Positions 1-11,492 of a stretch of DNA of 64,000 nucleotides are shown piece after piece; the stretch's first letter is position 1, and every line of letters starts with the position of its first letter. Source of the stretch: Octopus vulgaris. Its lineage: Eukaryota. The stretch spans positions 71,238,001 to 71,302,000 of the forward strand of contig OX597826.1 of assembly GCA_951406725.2 (NCBI GenBank), written 5' to 3'. Both the position numbers and the translations under genes were made by a program. The notes below the pieces were generated by a model. That model was not told the origin of the DNA, did no database searches, and worked only from the letters and a program-made list of their open reading frames with translations.

Positions 1-430
1 ACTGCTTGTGTGACAATTCAGGTCTACTTGGGCCACATTTTAAAGATCTTGCCCTAGGAGCCATGCCTTTCAATTGAGCAAACTCAAAGTTGCCACGCAA
101 ACTCGCCAGCACTTTTAACATAGGTGTGCAAATTTTCAGGTCAATCTGCAATCCGACCACATTTACTGACACTTTTGCCTGCACAACTGCTTGGAGGGAG
201 AAGCACAGACACACAAATACATACATACATACATACATGCATGTATGAGGGGCATCTTTCAGTTTTTATCTACCAAATCCATGCACAAGTCTTTGGTCAC
301 CCAAGGCTATACTACAAGCCATTTGCCTATGGTGCTACACTGTGAGACTCAACCCAAAAGCATGTGGTTGGAAAGCAAGCTTCTTGCTACACAGCCACAT
401 ATACATGTGCATATATACGTACATGCATTT

Positions 431-815
431 GGAGGCGCAATGGCCCAGTAATTAGGGCAGCGGATTCGCGGTCATAGGATCATGGTTTCGATTCCCTGAC
501 CAGGCGTTGTGAGTGTTTATTGAGCGAAAACACCTAAAAAAGCTCCACGAGGCTCCGGCAGGGGGTGGTGGCGATCCCTACTGTACTCTATTACCACAAC
601 TTTCACTCACTCTTTCTTCCCATGTCTGTTGTACCTGTATTTCAAAGGGCCAGCCTTGTCGCACTCTGTGTCACCCTGAATCTCCCCAAGAACTACGTTA
701 AGGGTACACGTGTCTGTGGAGTGCTCAGCCACTTGCACGTTAATTTCACAAGCAGGCTGTTCTGTTGATCAGATCAACTGGAACCCTCGTCATCGTAAGC
801 GACAGAGTGCCAACA
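431..815 (+). mobile_element. tRNA-derived SINE, family B
   Basis: Head GGAGGCGCAATGGCCCAGT..TTAGGGCAGCGG..GGTTTCGATTCC has A/B-box-like motifs; related copies at 20438-20812 and 29262-29640. Confidence 0.85.
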
Positions 816-1047
816 CATACATGTATACATATATATACACACACATACATAATGGTGTTTACATAGTGTGCAAGCCCGCTGGGAAAATTTTTATCAAAAT
901 CAATTCACAGAAAACCAAGAAATCCTAAATTTCACTCCTAAGCTATTAGCATGGTTTTGGGTGTATATTATCAGATATTATTTATTTAGCAAACTATTGT
1001 ATGCATACATAAACTCATACACATCTGTACACATATTTATATATATA

Positions 1048-1438
1048 CTAGCAGTATCACCTAGCGTTGCTCAGGTTTGTTTCAACCCTTTAGAATTGGA
1101 ATTTTTGAAAAGCAAAAATTTTGCATTATGTAGCTTGTTATTCTCTTTAAGTGAACAATTTTCTGGTTGAAATACACCGAAAAATGGCGACACAGCAGTC
1201 AAAAAATCGTAAAAATAGGGATTTTCATAGTAAAAAAAAGCACCTTTTTGATGTAAATAATTTTTGGTCTTAACATGGTCCGATTTGAATTTTATCTTCT
1301 ACAGAATGAAGAGCAAGCCTTCTTCTATCATACTCTCAGTTTTGGTCAACTTGCACAGCAGGGTCTCGGAGGAGATAGTATTAGTTGAAAGCTACCAAAC
1401 CTGCCACACACAGACAACTTCAGCTTTATATATATAGA
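1048..1438 (-). mobile_element. Non-autonomous Helitron-like element
   Basis: Minus strand starts TC(TATATATATAAAGCTG) and ends CTAG after a short GC-rich hairpin, between A and T; several copies in the window. Confidence 0.75.
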
Positions 1439-1529
1439 TTTACACACACACACACACACACACACTTTAATATATTTTAATATATGCTTTCATTTCCTTA
1501 CAATTTTTTGTTTTGTTTTGGTTTTACAG

Positions 1530-1556
1530 ATGCTGTTGAAAACGATCCTCCAAATG
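1530..1556 (+). CDS. 27-nt micro-exon of an unknown gene (xAVENDPPN), phase 1/1
   Basis: Long T tract + ttttacag|ATGCTGTTGAAAACGATCCTCCAAATG|gtatga; frame-compatible with the downstream micro-exons. Confidence 0.65.
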
Positions 1557-1775
1557 GTATGATTTTTTTTTTTTTTACTATTATAACCGTTTCTAATGTT
1601 CTCTTTGTTGTTGGTTGTCTGTGAGTCAGCCTGTATCAAGTAGAGTCATGGTCGAAGACACTGAAACCTTTGCATATTGTATTTTCAGATATTATTTTGG
1701 AATCTAATGCTTTATCTCATTTTCTTTTAGATAGTGGTGTATTATTATAGGGATATTTAGTTACTATTTCTAGCA

Positions 1776-2107
1776 TGGCTCAGTGGTTAGAGTGTCGAGC
1801 TTATGATCATGAGGTTGTGAGTTCAAATCCCGGACCGTGCTGCATGCTGTGTTCTTGAACAAGACACTTTATTTCACGTTGCTCCAGTTCATTCAGCTGT
1901 AGAAATGAATTGCGATGTCACAGGTGCCAAGTTGTATCGACCCCTTTGCCTTTCCCCTGGATAACATCAGTGGTGTGGATAGGGGAGACTGGTATGCATG
2001 GGTGACTGCTGGTCTTCCATGAAAACAACCTTGCCCGGACTTGTGCCTGGGAGGGTAACTTTCTAGGTGCAATCCCATGGTCAGTCATGACCAAAGGGGG
2101 TCTCAGC
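1776..2107 (+). mobile_element. tRNA-derived SINE, family C, with 10-bp TSD
   Basis: TGGCTCAGTGGTTAGAG...GAGTTCAAATCCC head; ATTTCTAGCA flanks both sides; the paralogous site at 6301 is empty. Confidence 0.85.
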
Positions 2108-2849
2108 ATTTCTAGCAAGTTGAATGACTGTGTAAAGGCTTCTTTAGTGACACATATCCAGAATTTATGTTATATTCTAGCTTTTATTGTGATAGCAATG
2201 GTTTAAGGATTAAATTCTAGCTTTGTTTTATTAAATTTACCTGAACTTCAATATGGAAACTAAATTTTAAAATTTATATAGACATATTTAATCATACATT
2301 GAATACCTTAGACTACAATATCTGATGTGTCTTCTTTCTTTTAAGTTGATAATTGAACAAATGAACTGTTTTACTTCATGTTTATCTTGGAGGGAACAAG
2401 GCAGGCATTTTGTAGTTGACTGACCTGCTAAAAATAGCAGCGAAGTATGTTGGATATTATATTCAATTGCCTTAGGACAGGTCAGATATGTAGGTAGATG
2501 TTTTCAAAGATAAGACCTTTAATCACAGGTCTACTCAACCAGGGTCTATGTAGAATTAAACATTAACCATATTTACCAACTTCAAAGTTCAGGGATATTT
2601 AACTTCTCACTTCAAATATCATTTGAAATATATTTTCATTACTCTGAAATTCTGAAATTACTATCTTTCTTTGCATATCTACCTTATTTCATTGAGATGT
2701 CTTATTTTCTTTTTTATTTATAAGTGCTCCACCTTCCCCTTGTAAGTTAGAAAATTTACTCCTGAATAATATGTTACACATAGATTGTCACTATTTCTTA
2801 TATTCAGCTTTACATGTGAGCCACAACCTTTCAAACACAGACCATATTA

Positions 2850-2975
2850 TTTGGGTCTGGATCACATCCTTCAGATGTGAACTGCACTCTTCCAATGTGG
2901 TGGGTCACAGTCTCTCAGATGTGGATTGTAGTCTTTAGATGTGGATCAGTCTTTCAATGTGAACCACAGTCTTTA
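2850..2975. repeat. Short array of ~21-bp AGATGTGGATCACAGTCTT minisatellite
   Basis: Several degenerate units; a much longer paralogous array lies at 7610-9150. Confidence 0.65.
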
Positions 2976-3108
2976 TATTCCCTTTTCCCTCTGTTCTTTG
3001 TAATTTGTAATTTTTTTCTATTTCCAGTATTCACACAATTTTTTTTTTAGCTTAATTTGCTTGTATACATAACACTGGAACTTTTTATTTTCCTTCTGTC
3101 TTTATTCA

Positions 3109-3337
3109 TTAACCCTTTTGTTACTGTATTTCTGTTGAGATGCTCTGTGTTTCTTTCAATTACTTTAAATATATCAAAGAATTTAGTAAAATAACTTTGT
3201 TATCAATCAGCTAGTGTTAGGAACATAAATTGTGACTATGGTTTGGTGGAAGAGTTTAATTTAAAACTTATGAAAACAAGACCTTTGTACTACAGAGCCA
3301 GAGCTGGTTTCAGCCGGGTTGGTAACGAAAGGGTTAA
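3109..3337. mobile_element. TTAA-flanked MITE (piggyBac-like ends)
   Basis: TTAA-CCCTTTTGTTAC...GTAACGAAAGGG-TTAA; copies at ~31116-31342, 31366-31592 and 48090-48316. Confidence 0.75.
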
Positions 3338-3854
3338 GTGTTATTTCCTATTTGCTTCTATCTAAAAATCAAATGAAATGAACTACTTTTCCCTTCAAAC
3401 TTTGTTTTTGTGAACTGAACTTCAATGCTTTGAAACTGACCTATTTTCCATTACATTTCTGACAGTTTCAGCACTGAGTTGCTGAAGCAGAAATATCATT
3501 ATAGCAAATATTCTCTTCAATATCAATGACTTGTTTGTCAGTTGCTTGACTTTAACCACTTGAGCAAGTCCCTTAATGGCTGACAATATGTGCATCTCTG
3601 ATCATGAGCAGGTTTAGTGAGGGAGCATCGCAGCCATTTGTTGGGAGGGATTCTTTGGGGTTTGAATAAATATAACAGAAGTAAATGTGAAGTATATTTG
3701 CCATCTAAATGTGGCTAACCACTAAGGGTGGATGCTACTGTAGCTTATAGCCCCAGGAGAACATCTTCTCCGGCTGGCTATTGACACACTTTCTCTGCAC
3801 TATCGGTATTTGCAAAGGGAAGCCATCCTTCCCATCGTCGACCTGACGTGATAC

Positions 3855-3896
3855 GCATGGACCCGGGTTTCTGGGTATTTACCCGTCATCAGCACA
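3855..3896 (-). ncRNA. Type I hammerhead ribozyme (Penelope-type) in a pLTR-like remnant at ~3690-3945
   Basis: Minus strand: tgtg CTGATGA c-gggt-aaat-accc-a GAAA cccggg TC^ catg; palindromic minimal stem III. Confidence 0.75.
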
Positions 3897-4159
3897 TGAC
3901 AATCACTGGTCTTCGATGCGAAGGGGTCCCAATGCAAATACATATATCTGTTTTCCAGTGACTTCAAGATCAGTGACAAACAGAAGTAAAGTTTGACAGA
4001 AATATTAGCCATATTTCATAATTTTTAGGGGTAGACAAACAAGAAATAACAGTTGCTACCCAAGGGTAAAAATTGCCTTAAACATTGTAATGCATTCCCT
4101 TTTCCATGTGTTGTCATCAATTGCAAAGCTAATTAATTTTTTTGCTTTTATTTTTTTAG

Positions 4160-4174
4160 ATCGAAGCATTTTGT
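4160..4174 (+). CDS. 15-nt micro-exon (DRSIL), phase 1/1
   Basis: tttttttag|ATCGAAGCATTTTGT|gtaagt; consensus splice sites, preserves frame. Confidence 0.6.
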
Positions 4175-6068
4175 GTAAGTTTCAATTTATTCCATTGAGT
4201 GTTTATGCCTGTTATGTGTTGAGACTGTGTATGTACATTGTGATTGTGTATGTATTTGTGTTGTCAGTATTATATAGTTGTTGTGTTTGTGTATTGTGAC
4301 AATATGTATTTGTGTTGTTTGCTGTGAGTGTTTGTTAATATTTGTATATCTCGCATGAGTATATATCCCTTATTACATGAATATGTATCCTCTTTGTCAC
4401 TCTCACATAAACACACACACACACACACACATGCATGCATGCATTTATTCATGATCCTGCAACCATGCAACAGGTTATACTGGATTTCATGTTACCAGCA
4501 GCACTCTTGAAAGACCTCACAAGTGGTGAGAATGGGTATTAAAAATATCCTTATCTGCTGATAATTTTGTAATTCTCCTAGAAAAACTTTTAACTACTGT
4601 TTTTAACACATTATTGGGGTGATTTGATAGTTTGCTCATGTATCTTGTAACTTCACCTGGTTTCCTATAAGGATGGTATAATCCTGAGCTAATGTCTAAA
4701 GTAGTATCTAAAAAATTTACTACCTTTGTGCCATATTCATATGTAATGCCTAAGTTGAAGCTTTTAAAAAATTTTCAAATTCTTTTTCTCATTCTTTCCA
4801 TGACTGATTTGTTGTTGCTAGTGATTAAGCTATTTATTCCTTTCTATGGTGTTCTACCCTACCTGATCATATTATTTTTATAATAGCCTTTATGAAATTT
4901 AACCTAATTTTTGTACCCCTAAATATTTATATTAGTTATATATAACAGCACCAGTAGCTTTACAACTTATAATATACCTCTTAGATTATAATTAATATAT
5001 AGTTAGCGTGTTCTATTGCCCCAGTGCTTCTTTATTAAATGCCAGTAAATGCCAGTGATCAATCTTCATAGATACCATCTAATAAGTAAATATTTAAGTA
5101 TATGAATAAATATTAAACTAATTCTATGTAATTTCTTTTCTCCTCTATTGTTGTAAATTTTGGTATATACTCAAAAGTATTCAAAAATTAATCCTTTTGG
5201 TTGTAATATTCTTAATTTTTTTCTTGATAACCCTAACTTTTATCTTTATACAATATAACAATATTGTTTAAATCATTCAACTATAGTACCCCATGATAAA
5301 ATTTCCCCTATATTATCATCATTGGTTTTATTAGAGTCTTGCCCCTTTAACTGGTAACTAACATCTTGATTTAAGATCTTCCTTTACCAAACCTCATTAT
5401 AGACAGTTACTTTATACTACTTGACAAGTTTTATGACTATACCCACTATGATTCTGTCAACTCACTCAGGCCCTTTCCTACTGGACAATGCTCTTTGATC
5501 TTAGATTTTGATATGGAAAGATTTGATAAACAAGACTATAAATTGAAACTGACCCAAAAATCAGTGACAAGTTTTTTTCCTGATGTCTTAGTAGCTTCTA
5601 AATTGAAGTGAATACAGCATGGACTTTGTCTTCTTACCATCTTAGAGGATGTAGGTAAAATTGTACAAATGTGTCCAACTGATTAAATTAATTCTATTTA
5701 TTTGTGCAGCTGAGGATAGCTCTGCATTTAAATTGATGTAATGATTGCATTGTTCAATGAAATGGAGCCGCTTGAAACAATTGTCCTGCATCACCCCTGG
5801 ATATCCTGTTGCTTATTTTGATTTTATTCACCTTATTTTGAAACATATATGTATATATTTATGATATGTACACATACATAGATTCATATACATTCATACA
5901 TGTGTATACATACATTTACATGCACACTGACACTTTCATATGCTGCTGCACATACCAAAATCCATATATGGACATACATGTATTCATTCTTATCTCTCGT
6001 CCCTTCATTAGAACTGATTACACAATTATATTTTCATTTTCTCACAATTTTTTTTTTACTTTTTGCAG

Positions 6069-6095
6069 ATGCAGATGCACACGAACATTTACCTC
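6069..6095 (+). CDS. 27-nt micro-exon (YADAHEHLP), paralogue of 1530-1556
   Basis: ttttgcag|ATGCAGATGCACACGAACATTTACCTC|gtatga; the downstream intron is homologous to that of the 1530 exon. Confidence 0.65.
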
Positions 6096-6906
6096 GTATG
6101 AATTTATTTTATTATTATTATTATCCCTTTCTAATTTTCTCTTTGTTGTTGTTTTGTTGCAGGTCTGCCCTAATCAAATAGATTTATGGTTAAAAGCATG
6201 CCATCCATATTATATTATCAGACTGTTTATTTAGGAAACATGTCTGTCATTGCTTCTTTTTTTAGATGGTGGTGTATTATTATAGAGAGATTTGATTACT
6301 ATTTCTAGCAAGTTGGGTGACTGTGTAAAGCTTCTTTAGTGACACTTCAGCTTTTATTGTGAATAGTAATGATTTAAGGATTAAATTTTGGCTTTCTTTC
6401 ATTAAATTTACCTGAACTTCAGTATGAAAGCTAGATTTTAAAATTTATATAGACACATTTAATCATCTTAGACATTGGATACCTTGGACTACAATGTTCA
6501 ATGTGTTTTCTCTTTTAAGATGGTGGGACAGGATTAAGCTGGTCTACAATTTACATGACAACCCAACAAGTTTTCAAATATGTTCGTTTTCACTTAGTCT
6601 GAAGGAATTGACTGTTTTTTTACTTCATGTTTATCTAGGAAGGAACAAAGCAGGCGTTTTGTGGTTGACTGACCCGCTAAATGTAGCAGCAAAATTCGTT
6701 GCACATTACATTCAATTGTCTTAGCAAAAAGGACAGAATGGATAATGTAGACCAGGAGTTTACTAAGAGAAAGCACTTGATCGTAGGTCTACTCAACCAA
6801 TTAAACATATTTATCTACTTCATATTTATCTTCCTCTTGCATATCATTTCTAAAACATATTTTCATTACTCCTCTGAATATTCTGGAATTACTATTTTAA
6901 TTTGTA

Positions 6907-7419
6907 CTAGCAGTATCGCCCGGCGTTGCTCGGGTTTGTAAGGGAAATAACTATATAAGCATTTTTAGAGAGTTACTTCCCTTATAGATGCCAATTCGGG
7001 CTTTCTTAGCCATTTCTGTTTTGGTGTCTTCAAGCCATGAAGTCGTTGTTCTAAAAGAACGCTGGTCTCCTTGACAACGCTTTACGACGTTGATTTCCTT
7101 ACACTCCCTTCCCCACAGCTTCATGAGGGAGGGAAGAAGGGGGAGAAGCAAACAGGTGGAGGTGTTTGACCATGGACACCAACTCCGCCGCCATCGACAC
7201 ACGAAAAATTATGCATTAAAATGGAATAAAAAATGATGTTAAATTATTTTTTAAATCGTAGACTCATCGTAGATGCGCGCTAATACTCAGACGGGCTCGA
7301 TATGAATCACGACTATAAGATACCCGAATTTGGTTAAACTGCACCGCAAAATGTGGGAGTAGTTAGGAATCTAAATCGAAGGGGACAGACTCACACAACT
7401 ACAGTTTTATATATATAGA
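6907..7419 (-). mobile_element. Helitron-like element with a divergent interior
   Basis: Same TC...hairpin-CTAG termini as 1048-1438 but a different internal sequence. Confidence 0.7.
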
Positions 7420-7472
7420 TTTGTATTTTATTTTATTAAGGTAATATATTTAATTTCTTTCTTTATTTTCAG

Positions 7473-7499
7473 TTCATTCACTATCTGCAGATTCCTATC
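7473..7499 (+). CDS. 27-nt micro-exon (LHSLSADSY), phase 1/1
   Basis: ttattttcag|TTCATTCACTATCTGCAGATTCCTATC|gtaagt. Confidence 0.55.
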
Positions 7500-7922
7500 G
7501 TAAGTGATAAAATTTACTCCAACATAATAAATTACACGTAGATGTTCACTATATATTATATTCAGCTTTAGGTGTGACTCACAATCGTTCAACACATATC
7601 GCATTATTAGAGTCCGGATCACATTCATATGTAGATCACATCCTTCCAATCTTAATTGCAGTCTTTAGATGTGGATCACAAGCATCGTCTGTAGATCATA
7701 GTCGCTGCATGTGGATCAGTCCTTAGATGTGGTTCACAGTCTTTACATGTGGATTTTAGCCTTCACATGCAAATCACATTATTGAGATGTGGATCACATC
7801 GTTCAGGCATGTGTGACATTATCCCACTCTATATCACAGTTTTTAGACGTGGTTTGCAGTCGTTAGATGCTAATCATTGTATTTTGGTCTGGATTCGGTT
7901 CTTCAGATACATATCACAGTCT

Positions 7923-8149
7923 TTAACCCTTTAGTATTCAAACTGGCCATATCTGGCCAAAATATTTTATTCTGTTTTATGTTCAAACTGACCAGATCCA
8001 GGCTCTCACACCTACCCTACAATGTTATTCTACATTAAGTAATTACACAATCAACATCTTGAAGATATGAGATAATGCATGATTAATTCAAATCAATGGG
8101 AATCAATAAGCATTATGTTTGAAAGAATAATCAGAACACTAAAGGGTTA
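7923..8149. mobile_element. TTAA-type MITE
   Basis: TTAACCCTTTAG...CTAAAGGGTTA terminal inverted repeats. Confidence 0.65.
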
Positions 8150-8479
8150 GATGTAGATGACATGTGAAGCACACTTATTAGACACAGATCACATTAGTGA
8201 GATGTGAATCAAGTATGAATTGCAGTCTTTAGGTGTGAGTCATTGTCTTTCAATGTGAATCACATTATTTAGATAATAATCACATTCTTCACTTATGTAT
8301 CACATTCTTCAGATATGTACCACAGTCTTTAGATGCAGATCACACTATTGAGATGTGGATCACATTCTTTTGATGCGGATTGCTTGTGTTAGATGCAGAG
8401 CACTTTATTTCAATCAGTATCTCCTTCTTTAGATGTAGGTCATATTTTTTAGATGCAGATCATGTTATTCAGATATGAA

Positions 8480-8815
8480 TCAAGACCCCTGGACTGGAGA
8501 TACGTAAAAAGCACTATCCGAATCGTGGCCGAAGCCAGTGCCGCCTCGACTGGCTTCCGTGCAGGTGGCACGTAAAATGCACCAATCCGACCGTGGCCGA
8601 TGCCAGCCTCGCCTGGCACCAGTGCAGGTGGCACGTAAAAAGCACCCACTACACTCATGGAGTGGTTGGCATTAGGAAGGGCATCAAGCTGTAGAAACAT
8701 TGCCAGATAAGACCGGAGCCTGGTGCAGCCTTCTGGCTTCCCAGATCCCCGGTCGAACCGTCCAACCCATGCTAGCATGGAGAACGGACGTTAAATGATG
8801 ATGATGATGATGATG
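8480..8815 (+). mobile_element. RTE-related 3'-end repeat (short LINE tail/SINE)
   Basis: GTGGCACGTAAAAAGCACC subrepeats, TTAGGAAGGGCATC core, (TGA)n tail. Further copies at ~9863-10290, 14414-14590, 21300-21508, 26382-26730, 32220-32712, 41732-42020, 45556-45893, 46040-46395, 61525-61920. Confidence 0.8.
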
Positions 8816-9665
8816 GATCACAGTCTTTAGATGTGGATTACATCCTTGGAAGTGGATCATAGTTTTTAGATGTATATCATATTTAGAAATGGATTACATT
8901 CTTCAGATATGCATTACACACTTTAGGTGTTGATCACAGTCCTTAGATATTGATCACAATCTTCAGATATGAATCACAATCCTTAAATGTGGTTTGCAGT
9001 CTTTAAATATGGAGCACAATCTTCAAATGTGAATCACAGTTTGTAGATGCAAATCACATTATTTAGATTTGGAAAACAAGCTTTTGATGTCGATCACATT
9101 ATTTAGGCCTAGATCACCTTCTACAGATAAGTGTCACAAGATGTAGATGTGGAGCTGGTGATATCCCTCCTGGTTTAGGAGTGACTTGGTTTTAAGCAAG
9201 AGGAGCCAAGGCCAGAAATTTCTCAAATATAACCATCATTCAGTTGATCTTGTGTTTTCATCAATTTAGAAGCTTCACCCAAAATTATTCTACAGCAATA
9301 TTAAATATGTTTTAAACAACTTAAAACCATGGCAACTGAAGAAGGGGTTTTTTCCTTGTGTTAATTGTCCTGTACTCTATTTTTTTGTTGTTTAAGAAAA
9401 ATGTCCAGTTCTTTGGGTTTGTGTCTATGTTTTCGTTTCTCATTGTGTTCGACGTTTTTTTGGTGTCCTGTACTCATATATGCGTGTATATATACATGTA
9501 AAGGTAGGTACGTACATATATGTATATATATATGCATATGTTTTATTTATTAATATATATATAATTAATCATGGATAGAATGAATTCTGTCTACTGCCTG
9601 TTATTGTAAATGAGTGTTTATATTTTATTTCTCATTTCTTTCATTTTTTTCCTTTTTTTTTACAG

Positions 9666-9678
9666 AAGACTTAAACAA
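9666..9678 (+). CDS. 13-nt micro-exon (QDLN), phase 1/2
   Basis: ttttttttacag|AAGACTTAAACAA|gtaagt. Confidence 0.55.
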
Positions 9679-10318
9679 GTAAGTTGTTAATTCATTATCT
9701 CTCTCTCTTTCTTCCTCTCTCTCTCTCTCTCTCTGGAATAGTCTTCTTAACAATCTTGTATAAATTATTAATCCTCACTATGCTGGTGGAATTTTTACTA
9801 GTAATGTAACGTGCTAACCACATGCAAATCAGTTCTCAGGATCTCTTTCTATTGGTCATCCTCATCATCATCGTTTAACGTCCGCTTCCCATGCTAGCAT
9901 GGGTCGGATGGTTTGACTGAGGGCTGGCAAACCAGATGGCTGCACGAGGCTTCAATCTTGATCTGGCAGAGTTTCTACAGCTGGATGCCCTTCCTACCGC
10001 CAACCACTCCGAGAGTGTAGTGGGTGCTTTTACGTGCCACCAGCACGGGGTCAGTCAGGCAGTACTGGCAACAACCTCAATCGAATCTTATACACATGCC
10101 ACCGGCACAGAGGCCAGTAAGGCAATGCTGGTTACGATCACGCTTGAACGGTGTCTTTTACGTGCCACTGGCATGGAGGCCAGATAGCCGCTCTGGCAAT
10201 GATCATGCTCGGATGGTGCTCTTAATACCCTACTAGCACGGGGCTCAAGTGCCTGTAAGACGACACTGGTAACGATCACACTCAAATGCTGAAAATAGAA
10301 TATAAATGCTACATCACA

Positions 10319-10725
10319 GGCGCAGGAGTGGCTGTGTGGTAAGTAGCTTGCTAACCAACCACATGGTTCTGGGTTCAGTCCCACTGCGTGGCATCTTGGG
10401 CAAGTGTCTTCTGCTATAGCCTCGGGTCGATCAAAGCCTTGTGAGTGGATTTGGTAGACGGAAACTGAAAGAAGCCCGTCGTATATATGTATATATATAT
10501 GTATATATATGCGTGTGTGTGTGTCTGTGTTTGTCCCCCTAGCATTGCTTGACAACCGATGCTGGTATGTTTAAGTCTTCGTTACTTAGTGGTTCGGCAA
10601 AAGAGACCGATAGAATAAGTACTGGGCTTACAAAAGAATAAGTCCCGGGGTCGAGTTGCTCGATTAAAGGAGGTGCTCCAGCATGGCCACAGTCAAATGA
10701 CTGAAACAAGTAAAAGAGTAAAAGA
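10319..10725 (+). mobile_element. tRNA-derived SINE, family A
   Basis: GGCGCAGGAGTGGCTGTGTGGTAAG...GGTTCAGTCCC head, central (TA)/(TG) tract, GTAAAAGAG tail; more than 10 copies in the window. Confidence 0.9.
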
Positions 10726-11008
10726 GAGAGAGTATAAGCATCCACATACTTGCATGTGAAGGTGTATAGCTTAGTGGATAGTTTTATTTGGCTCATGACT
10801 GTAAGGGAGTGACACCAAAATATTTCCTCAAAAATTAATTTCATCTCTAAATCCAAGCTTTGTCTTATAGCTTGTTTCAGTCACTGGATCGTGGCCATGC
10901 TGGAGCACTGCTTTGAAGAGATCTTTTTTTTTTTGTTGTTGTTGTTTTGTTTTGTTTTTATTATTATGAATATGTATCAATTTTATTTTTTCATTTTTTT
11001 TTTTACAG

Positions 11009-11027
11009 TATGGAAATGAATATTTAA
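11009..11027 (+). CDS. Terminal coding exon (NMEMNI*)
   Basis: Long T tract + ttttacag|T ATG GAA ATG AAT ATT TAA; accepts phase 2 from the 9666 exon. Confidence 0.5.
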
Positions 11028-11492
11028 GCCACTGCACAGTCCATTTCTCATTTTAACTCAAGCGAAAACCTTAAGTGCCTGCTCTACATGCTGATCTCCA
11101 ATGGACACTGAAAAACTGACTGTGATAATCTTTCTAATAATGACTTTTAGGGACCCATTATTTCGTTATGCAACTATAAACGTTTTTTTTTTTTTTTTTA
11201 AATATGCTAAACATTTTTTATAAGACAATTCTGTGTTCCACTGTGTTAGCTGTGCTATTATATCACTTGTTAAGATTTTGCACTTATGAGCATATATCTA
11301 TCTTTGTGTCAAGTGAGGATGTACTCAATCTGGCTGGCGTCCCCCCACCCCGCCCCAGATTGATGAGTAGTCAGACAGTTGACAGGATTTCTGAAGGTGG
11401 TGTTGCAGACTAATAAACCACGAGCATCGCAGAACCCCAGCATCTTTGTCCCCTCCTCATTTCTGGAGCTAAAGCCATAGTCGCCATGCACA

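Larger units (their letters stand above)
7610..9150. repeat. Degenerate ~21-bp minisatellite (AGATGTGGATCACA...) interrupted by a MITE and an RTE 3' fragment
   Basis: Dozens of GATGTG-GAT-CACA units visible. Confidence 0.75.

Noticed and set aside
4540-5810. Possible ancient retroelement pol remnant
   Set aside because: Only vague motif similarity; cannot be supported by eye.
9336-9360. CTGAAGA hammerhead-like half core
   Set aside because: No matching GAAA/stem III found.
10319-10390. SINE heads as tRNA genes
   Set aside because: No complete cloverleaf; they continue into SINE bodies.
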